This document shows, one piece after another, positions 57,359 to 64,000 of a stretch of DNA of 64,000 nucleotides. The position numbers and the translations under genes are program-made. How positions within the stretch are numbered: position 1 is the stretch's first letter; every line of letters starts with the position of its first letter. The notes under the pieces are model-generated. The model had not been told where the DNA came from. It saw only the letters and a program-made list of their open reading frames with translations, and made no database searches. The DNA is from Verrucomicrobiia bacterium (GTDB taxonomy: Bacteria; Verrucomicrobiota; Verrucomicrobiia; Limisphaerales; UBA1319), in contig OY760937.1 of assembly GCA_963664225.1 (NCBI GenBank), positions 3,680,001 to 3,744,000 of the forward strand. The letters are read 5' to 3'.

Positions 57359-58846
57359 TTACCAGGAGCGGAGTTGGTAATAGCGCTGCGGTTGAGCCGT
57401 GGCGGAATCCGACCATTCGAATTCAAGCAGACAAGGGCTGGCGGGGGAGAATGGTGCGGGGATGCCGGGGGCAGATTGGACCTCAAAGACTCTGGCGTCG
57501 CCTGTCCAACGCAAAGTAAGCGGGCGGGATTCAGTGACGGCTAAAATCTCAAGTATTTTGGTCTCTGGCGGCGGCGGAGTGGCATCGGTGACTATAAAAA
57601 TCCCGTCCAGGCCGAAGTCGGCCAGGTCTTCGAGTGGTTGAAAAGCGCCCACCAGTTCGAGGTTTCGATAGACGATGTAGCCCTGATCGCTCAAGAGAGT
57701 TCCCCTGGGAATGGGGCCAAGGGCGTTGTCCAGGAAACCGTTTTGAGTGGCAAACCAGATTTCGCCGTTGGGCCAGACATACAGGGCGGCCAGGCCATAA
57801 TCGAAGTCGGGCTTGTCCGGCTGGAAATGGCTCAACAAACTGCGGTTCGTTTTGACGATGACGCCGGTGGTGGACAGAATATCGCCAGGCCCGATGTTCC
57901 CGGCGGTTGGGGAGACCGCGTTTGTGGCGATGGAAAACCAGATTTCGCCGTTGGGGCGGAGTTGGATGGCGTCCAGGCCCAGATCTGGCACGGGATCCTT
58001 GAAGCCGAAGGCGGCGGTTAATTCCTGGTTGCGTTTGGCGATGTGGCCCTGACTGGAGAGCATATCCCCGGGATGGAGCGGCCCCAGGGTTTCGCTCAAG
58101 GCCGCGTCGGTGATGGAAAAGAACACCTCCGCACCAGGCCCGATGTCGAGGGCATCCAACCCCAGATCGGGAACGACGGGCATGATGCCCAGGCGACCAA
58201 ACAGGGCGACGCCGGTTTTAACCACACGCCCGTCCATGCTCAGAATATCGCTGCGGCTGACATGGTTGGTGGGATCCTTCCAGATGCCCGCAGTAAGTGC
58301 GGAACCGGTGGAGAACCAGAGTTCCCGAATGGGTGCGGCGCGGAGGTTGAGGGTGAAAAATTCGAACGGGTTTTCATTCGTTTGCGCGAGATCGATCTGG
58401 AGCATGGGGACCTGACGCGCGACGAAAGAGGTAATATTGGTAAAGGTTTTGTTGGTGGCGCCCTGCGCGGTATAAAGGGTTAATTGGAGGGTCATCAATT
58501 GGCGCACGGCGACTTCTCCGCCAACAATCCATTGCCCGTCGCCTTCAAGCCGGTAACCGCCGGTCGGCCAGTCTGCGGTCTGCCATTGGATATTGGTCAG
58601 GGAATAGGTGGAATCGATGAGGGTGCTCTTTTCGAGAATCAGATCGAATGAGCCGCGCAAGTTTTTTGGAATGGAGATTCGGTCGCAAACCTGGCAGTCG
58701 TTCAGAAGCGTGCTTCCCACCAATAACTGACAGCGCCACGGTGTGGAGGCCTGCAGGCCGATCAAGCCGGAGAAAAGGCAGACCATCAGAAGACATAGCG
58801 CATGGACGGAGCGACCGGCTTCGAACCGTGCAGACCTTGGTTTCAT
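57359..58846 (-). CDS. Secreted hypothetical protein with four ~63-aa repeats
   Basis: Hydrophobic signal, CxxC near the N-terminus, repeated D(L/Y/F)GLDA...E(I/V)WFS...GD.LS..G. Confidence 0.75.
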   Translation of the reverse strand: MKPRSARFEAGRSVHALCLLMVCLFSGLIGLQASTPWRCQLLVGSTLLNDCQVCDRISIPKNLRGSFDLILEKSTLIDSTYSLTNIQWQTADWPTGGYRLEGDGQWIVGGEVAVRQLMTLQLTLYTAQGATNKTFTNITSFVARQVPMLQIDLAQTNENPFEFFTLNLRAAPIRELWFSTGSALTAGIWKDPTNHVSRSDILSMDGRVVKTGVALFGRLGIMPVVPDLGLDALDIGPGAEVFFSITDAALSETLGPLHPGDMLSSQGHIAKRNQELTAAFGFKDPVPDLGLDAIQLRPNGEIWFSIATNAVSPTAGNIGPGDILSTTGVIVKTNRSLLSHFQPDKPDFDYGLAALYVWPNGEIWFATQNGFLDNALGPIPRGTLLSDQGYIVYRNLELVGAFQPLEDLADFGLDGIFIVTDATPPPPETKILEILAVTESRPLTLRWTGDARVFEVQSAPGIPAPFSPASPCLLEFEWSDSATAQPQRYYQLRSW

Positions 58847-59054
58847 GTCCTAAGTATAGGACAAAAATGGGGTCAAGGCAAGACTACAAGCCCATTGGAA
58901 CCGGGGCGGATCGCATCAAAACTACGGTCCGGGAAATCCCGCGATCCAATGGCAGGGGAATAACGGTTAGAGATCCCCCAACAGTCAAGGAATTGAGCCT
59001 GACCCGGTCGTTTTCAACCGGGGTTGGCGCATCGACTATTGCGACGAATGCGGC

Positions 59055-59285
59055 TTAACGTTTTTCCACCAGTTTCATGCCACACTTGGGGCAGTCGCCC
59101 GGTTTATCCTGCACGACTTCTGGATGCATGGAACAGGTGTATTGCACGGTCTTTTGAGCCGGTTGATTCGTGGATTGCTCCGATGTGTCTTTTTGAGTGG
59201 ATTCCGAGCATCCTGCGAGGGCGAGGCTGGAAATCACAGTGACTGCCACAAGTGCAGCGATCTTTCCAAGTGATGTTGTTTTCAT
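59055..59285 (-). CDS. Small lipoprotein with heavy-metal-binding domain
   Basis: Lipobox LAGC; YTCSMHPEV...PGDCPKCGMKL. Confidence 0.9.
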   Translation of the reverse strand: MKTTSLGKIAALVAVTVISSLALAGCSESTQKDTSEQSTNQPAQKTVQYTCSMHPEVVQDKPGDCPKCGMKLVEKR

Positions 59286-59324
59286 TTCGTTGTGTTTTAT
59301 TTGGTTGTTATTAGTTTGTCATGG

Positions 59325-59918
59325 TCAAAGGGGTGGCATTAACCCGGCCAGCAATATGCGTAATTGTTGTCGCGCCCGGTAGAGGCGCATCTCGACCGCC
59401 TTTACCGAACAATTCAAGATGGTCGCGATTTCAAGCTGGTGCAAATCCTGATAAACGGCGAGGATCAAAGGCTGTTTCAGTTCCTCGGGCAAGGCGTCCA
59501 CCGCTCTTCGCACCGCGTCGGCGCGTTCTTCGGTTTGCACCCTTTGATCGGGAGGAGACTCGACAGCACTCAGGGTATCTTTAAGACTGGATTCGGTTTG
59601 CCCGTTATCGGCGTCGAGAGAAACCTGCGGATGACGCGCCCGCCACCGATATCGGTCACGCACGAGGTTGCTGGCAATGGCGTAAAGCCAGGTTGTAAAT
59701 TTCTGCCGCAGGTCGAATTTCGCGCGGTTTTGGTAAATTTTGACGAAGGTTTCCTGGGCCAGATCGCCAGCGTCAGCTTCGTCCTGCAGAGATCGCAACA
59801 GATAATGGTATAGTTTCTCAGAGTGCCTACCCATCAGGTCATTAAGGGCCTGATCGTGGCCTTGGGCCAATCGCAACATGTCCCGCGCATCCTGCTCATC
59901 GGAATTTGTGGCGTTCAT
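59325..59918 (-). CDS. ECF sigma-70 factor
   Basis: DLAQETFVKIY, FTTWLY.IA.N...D region 2; EIA.IL.CS.KAV..RLYRAR region 4. Confidence 0.93.
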   Translation of the reverse strand: MNATNSDEQDARDMLRLAQGHDQALNDLMGRHSEKLYHYLLRSLQDEADAGDLAQETFVKIYQNRAKFDLRQKFTTWLYAIASNLVRDRYRWRARHPQVSLDADNGQTESSLKDTLSAVESPPDQRVQTEERADAVRRAVDALPEELKQPLILAVYQDLHQLEIATILNCSVKAVEMRLYRARQQLRILLAGLMPPL

Positions 59919-59927
59919 GGCGCGGCG

Positions 59928-60431
59928 TCACCGGGAAGGCTCTTCGATCCTGTGATGGGCGTCGGCCATTGTGTGGCGGCTTTCCATGGCCTGGGATCGT
60001 AACACTGTTTGTGCCTGAACCCATGCCAGGTAACGGCGGCCTTGTTCGGGAGGCATCGCGCGGCTGACGTCCTGAAAGTGTTTCAGCATTTCCCCTTCGC
60101 ATAGGGCCCGGGTTGTGGCGCGCTCTGTCAACAACTTCTGGATTTCAGGCGTCACGGTGGAATTCCCGCGCAGGAGAGTCTCAAGCTTTCGGTTCTGCTC
60201 TTCGATGATCCGGCAACGTTGGGCGCATTGGGGCAGGTAGGCCTCATGCAAATTAGTGATGCGAGAGAACTCAGTTTCGTTGAGATTGAATTCCTTTTTT
60301 AACCAGGCCAATTCGGGTTGAGGCTCCTGCAATAGGTTCCGACCGGGAGCCATTCCCAGGTAATAGAACCCGGTAAAGGCCGCGACACCCAGCACCAGGC
60401 CCAACAACAAGATAAGTCCGCCTTTCTTCAT
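59928..60431 (-). CDS. Periplasmic heavy-metal sensor (CnrX/NccX/CpxP-like)
   Basis: N-terminal TM, WLKKEFNL, HEAY..QCAQRC, C..EMLKH, MPPEQ..RY; 4-nt overlap with the upstream gene. Confidence 0.75.
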   Translation of the reverse strand: MKKGGLILLLGLVLGVAAFTGFYYLGMAPGRNLLQEPQPELAWLKKEFNLNETEFSRITNLHEAYLPQCAQRCRIIEEQNRKLETLLRGNSTVTPEIQKLLTERATTRALCEGEMLKHFQDVSRAMPPEQGRRYLAWVQAQTVLRSQAMESRHTMADAHHRIEEPSR

Positions 60432-60775
60432 GGCTGGGAAGATTCTGCGAAGTAAGGATCCACCGACTGGACGTAGCGGGCGCCGAGGTGTGAATCCATA
60501 CGGCTGCTCTTGATTTGCGCAGAAACCGAACCGGCCACGACGCCTAAAACCAGGAGACCCGCCACATACGAAAAGGCGATTTTTGGCTGGGGCAAAGCCA
60601 CCTCCAACAAATGGGTCCACTGCGCCCAAATCTTCGATGCCGGTCGCTCTTGAGCCCTCTCAATCCGCTGCCAAACCTGATCCTGAAAAAGAGGCGACGG
60701 CGGAGTCTCCACAACCCATTCACGCAATACCGCGCGCAGGTGCTCGTCATTATCTGGATTCTGATTCGGTTTCAT
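60428..60775 (-). CDS. Putative single-TM anti-sigma factor (CnrY-like position)
   Basis: L..VL.EW....P.P.F...VW.RI N-terminus, one TM, YVQSVDP tail; first gene of the sensor/ECF cassette. Confidence 0.65.
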   Translation of the reverse strand: MKPNQNPDNDEHLRAVLREWVVETPPSPLFQDQVWQRIERAQERPASKIWAQWTHLLEVALPQPKIAFSYVAGLLVLGVVAGSVSAQIKSSRMDSHLGARYVQSVDPYFAESSQP

Positions 60776-60935
60776 ACTGCTGGCGACGCCATGAAATTAT
60801 CACTTTTTGACATTCGATGCCAATCCTTCGGGTTGCGCGGGTCTGATCCAACTCACGCGGTTCGGTTCTTTAAGATACTGAAATGCATTAATCTGTTTAA
60901 TTTCATCAGGACTCCCCATCGTCGGTCCACACATT

Positions 60936-60963
60936 ACTACGTTGCTAAACGAAGAATCCCTCG
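60936..60963 (-). promoter_or_regulatory. Candidate ECF-type promoter for the regulatory cassette
   Basis: Minus strand CGAGGGA-15 nt-CGTAGT, about 160 nt upstream of the anti-sigma gene. Confidence 0.3.
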
Positions 60964-61058
60964 CGGTCATTTTTCACCTCACTCGTCCCAATAAACAATC
61001 CCAACCCCGACGGCTTGAATTGCGCTAGACGGAGGGAGTTCGATTGGTTTATTGGGAA

Positions 61059-64000
61059 TCATGGCTCAAGTGGTTTTGGCTCCGGTTGTGGGTTCGATCC
61101 AGTGGTCGGCAAGCGTTTGATACTCTGCGAACGCCACAGAAAATAGATGGCGGGATAGACCAGCAATTCCATCATGGTGGAGGTGACCACGCCGCCAACC
61201 ATGGGAGTGGCGATGCGTTTCATGATGTCGGCCCCGCTGCCTTGACTCCAGAGGATGGGCGCCAGACCGGCAATGATCACGCAGGCCGTCATGGCCTTGG
61301 GGCGAACGCGTTTGACGGCACCATGATAAATGGCGTCCCGCAAATCGGTGACATTGCGCATCAGACCCCTCTTCTTCGAATCGTCGAACGCAAGGTCCAG
61401 GTACAGGAGCATGACCACGCCGGTCTCGGCATCAAGGCCGGCCAGGGCGATGATGCCGACCCACACCGCCACGCTTAAGTTGTAGTGAAGGAGCGCCAGG
61501 ATGCCAATGGCCCCCACCAGGGAGAACGGCACGGCCAGCATGACGATGGCGGTTTTAATGGCTGAACGTGTGTTCAAATAAATGATCAGGACAATGAGCA
61601 GGAGCGTGAGCGGCACCACGATCATCAGGCGCTGCTGGGACCGGAGCATGTATTCGTATTGGCCACTCCAGAAGATGTTGTAGCCGCTGGGCAATTTGAT
61701 CATCCCATTGGCCGTCGCTTCGTTGACCGCGCGCATGGCCATCTGAACATACGTGCCGATATCGATGCCTTTGACATCCACGTAAATCCAGGCATTGGGA
61801 GTGGCCGCCTCGCTCTTGATGCCCATGGGGGCATGGACGGTTTCGATTTTGGCCAACTGGCCCAGGGGTATTTGCGCGCCAGTCGGAGTGGGCACGACAA
61901 TTTCACGCAACGCGCCCAGATTCTCCCGGAAGTCGCGGCTGTAGCGGAGGTTGACGGCATAGCGTTCGAGGCCCTCCACCGTGGTGGTCAAAGGCATGCC
62001 TCCCAATGCGACCTCCAACACGTCCTGAACATCGGCCACGGTCAGGCCGTAGCGGGCGATGGCGTCACGGTCGATGTTGAACTCGATATAATTGCCCCCC
62101 ATGGTGCGCTCGGCAAAGGCGCTGAGGGTGCCGGGAACGCCCTTGACCACGGCTTCAATCTCCGAGGCCACACGCTCCAATTCGGCCAGATTGGGTCCGG
62201 CGACCTTGATGCCGACGGGAGTCTTGATGCCCGTCGCCAGCATGTCGATGCGGGTCTTAATGGGCATGGTCCATGCGTTGTTCAGGCCCGGGATTTGAAC
62301 GGCGGCATTCATCGCGTCGGTCAGTTCGTCAGGCGTGCGGCGCCGGTGGGCAATGACATTGCCGATGTCGTCTTTGATATCGACCTCCGGCCATTCGTCT
62401 TCCGGCTTGAGCATGATGGTGGTTTCCACCATGTCGAATGGCGCGGGGTCGGTGGCGCTCTCGGCGCGGCCGACCTTGCCGAAGACATTCTGCACCTCTG
62501 GAAAACGGCGGATCATGCGATCGGTCGTCTGGAGGACTTCGCGCGCCTTGGTCGGCGAAATACCCGGGAAGGTCGTGGGCATGTAGAGAAGGTCTCCCTC
62601 GTACATTGGCGGCATGTATTCCGAACCGATGTTTTGGTAGGGGAAAATCTTTCCCACTTTGAAGGCCCAGTCCTTTGCTTTGCCGTCGGGCAGCACTTTC
62701 GCCGCAATCATATTCCAGGGCAGAAACACCCAAACGACGAGGGCGGCGGCAGAGAAGACCACCGGCCAGCGCCATTTGATGACGAAGTCAATCACCGGGT
62801 GATAGAGCCAGATGAGAAGACGATTGATGGGATTCTTTTCCTCGGCTGGAATCTTTCCGCGAATGAAAAAGCCCATGAGGATTGGCGCGAGGGTGATGGA
62901 GAGCAGTGCCGCAGCGCCCATGGAATAGGTTTTCGTGAATGCCAGAGGCTTGAAAAGGCGTCCCTCCTGCGCCTGGAGCGTGAACACCGGAATGAACGAC
63001 ACGGTAATCACCAGCAGCGAGTAAAACAGCGTCGGCCCCACTTCGATGGAGGCATCGCGGATGATGTCCCAGTGGGGCTTTTTGCCCTGATCGTGCTCCA
63101 TATGCTTGTGGGCGTTCTCGATCATGATGATCACGGCATCCACCATGGCACCAATGGCGATGGCAATACCGCCAAGGGACATGATATTGGAACTTATCCC
63201 CTGACCATACATCACGAGGAAGGACATCAGCACCGCAATGGGCAAAATCAGGATGGCGACAAAGGCGCTGCGCAGATGCATGAGGAAGGCGATGCAGACC
63301 AGCGCCACGACGATGCTTTCCTCAATGAGCTTCTCCTCAAGCGTTTTGACGGCGCGGTCGATGAGCGCGCTCCGGTCATAGACAACGGTGTATTTGACGT
63401 CCGCTGGCAGGCCTTTCATGGCCTCGTCCAGCCTCTTCTTCACGTCGAGAATCACCTGGCGTGCGTTGGCTCCGTAGCGCACGACGACCACCCCGGCGAC
63501 CGTTTCGCCTTCTCCGTTGAGTTCGGCGATGCCGCGCCGCATATCCGGGCCCAGCTCCACATTGGCGACCTGACCCAGCAAAATTGGAACCCCTTTATCG
63601 CCGACACCCACAGCGACTTTGCGCAGGTCATCAAGTTTCTCGATATAACCGCGCACGCGGAGAATGAACTCTTTTTCCGAGAGTTCGATGGAACGTCCAC
63701 CCACCTCGCCGTTGCTGCGTTTGACGGCCATGGCAACTTCGGAGATGGAAAGGTTGTAGGCGCGCAATTTGGTCGGATCGACCGTCACTTGATATTGCTT
63801 TATGAAGCCGCCGACGGAGGCGACTTCCGCCACGCCTTCCACAGAGGCGAGTTGGTAGCGCAGATACCAGTCCTGCATGGAGCGCAGTTCGGCCAGATCG
63901 CGGTTTGTGGAGTTGATGGAATACATGAAAGCCCAACCCACGCCGGTGGCGTCCGGTCCGAGACTGGGAGACACACCGGCGGGCAGGCGGCCGCTCAAGC
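61059..64000 (-). CDS. cusA: Heavy-metal RND efflux permease CusA/SilA (5'-truncated by the window edge)
   Basis: LGPDATGVGW, GGIAIAIGAMVDA, and Met-triad motifs GDLLYMP / PAPFDMVET / RIDMLATG; R.RPK.MT. Confidence 0.95.
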   Translation of the reverse strand, partial: LSGRLPAGVSPSLGPDATGVGWAFMYSINSTNRDLAELRSMQDWYLRYQLASVEGVAEVASVGGFIKQYQVTVDPTKLRAYNLSISEVAMAVKRSNGEVGGRSIELSEKEFILRVRGYIEKLDDLRKVAVGVGDKGVPILLGQVANVELGPDMRRGIAELNGEGETVAGVVVVRYGANARQVILDVKKRLDEAMKGLPADVKYTVVYDRSALIDRAVKTLEEKLIEESIVVALVCIAFLMHLRSAFVAILILPIAVLMSFLVMYGQGISSNIMSLGGIAIAIGAMVDAVIIMIENAHKHMEHDQGKKPHWDIIRDASIEVGPTLFYSLLVITVSFIPVFTLQAQEGRLFKPLAFTKTYSMGAAALLSITLAPILMGFFIRGKIPAEEKNPINRLLIWLYHPVIDFVIKWRWPVVFSAAALVVWVFLPWNMIAAKVLPDGKAKDWAFKVGKIFPYQNIGSEYMPPMYEGDLLYMPTTFPGISPTKAREVLQTTDRMIRRFPEVQNVFGKVGRAESATDPAPFDMVETTIMLKPEDEWPEVDIKDDIGNVIAHRRRTPDELTDAMNAAVQIPGLNNAWTMPIKTRIDMLATGIKTPVGIKVAGPNLAELERVASEIEAVVKGVPGTLSAFAERTMGGNYIEFNIDRDAIARYGLTVADVQDVLEVALGGMPLTTTVEGLERYAVNLRYSRDFRENLGALREIVVPTPTGAQIPLGQLAKIETVHAPMGIKSEAATPNAWIYVDVKGIDIGTYVQMAMRAVNEATANGMIKLPSGYNIFWSGQYEYMLRSQQRLMIVVPLTLLLIVLIIYLNTRSAIKTAIVMLAVPFSLVGAIGILALLHYNLSVAVWVGIIALAGLDAETGVVMLLYLDLAFDDSKKRGLMRNVTDLRDAIYHGAVKRVRPKAMTACVIIAGLAPILWSQGSGADIMKRIATPMVGGVVTSTMMELLVYPAIYFLWRSQSIKRLPTTGSNPQPEPKPLEP

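Noticed and set aside
60853..60906. 17-codon ORF with a GGGGAG ribosome-binding-like site upstream of the anti-sigma gene
   Set aside because: Too short, no metal-ligand pattern or associated RNA structure seen
1..64000. CRISPR arrays, tRNA/rRNA genes, transposases, integrases, PEP-CTERM proteins
   Set aside because: No repeat-spacer periodicity, cloverleaf, DDE/recombinase motif or PEP-TM-basic tail recognised by eye; tRNAscan/Infernal/HMM searches would be needed to exclude them formally

Overview
A 64 kb bacterial chromosomal segment. Gene style (Tat-tagged Gfo/Idh/MocA protein, secreted proteins ending in an FY/YY-Q motif, small TPR-like orphans) suggests Verrucomicrobiota, probably Pedosphaera/Limisphaera-like; this is an inference. 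Layout: (1) 1-7.5 kb: C-N hydrolase, sigma-54 response regulator, Tat oxidoreductase, and a ptsI-nucleotidyltransferase pair. (2) 8.1-39.3 kb: a ~31 kb, 27-gene, all plus-strand, Wzx/Wzy-type surface-polysaccharide locus ending in an exosortase. It has a Wzc-like protein lacking the Walker A lysine, two Wzx paralogues, three CE4-like deacetylases, three hexapeptide acyltransferases, a pyruvyltransferase plus an FrhB-like Fe-S protein, and the atypical exosortase-associated hydrolase pair. (3) 39.4-58.8 kb: GH2, apgM-type mutase, RluA-family enzyme, aspS, trmB, FIST protein, cls and two repeat-containing secreted proteins. (4) 59-64 kb: partial cusA followed by an anti-sigma/periplasmic sensor/ECF sigma/metal-binding lipoprotein cassette. 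The most striking unexplained structure is a complete leader-peptide transcription-attenuator architecture (44722-44893, minus strand) in front of a small gene of unknown function. No rRNA, tRNA, CRISPR array or transposase was recognised. All family calls come from motif recognition by eye; no database search was run.
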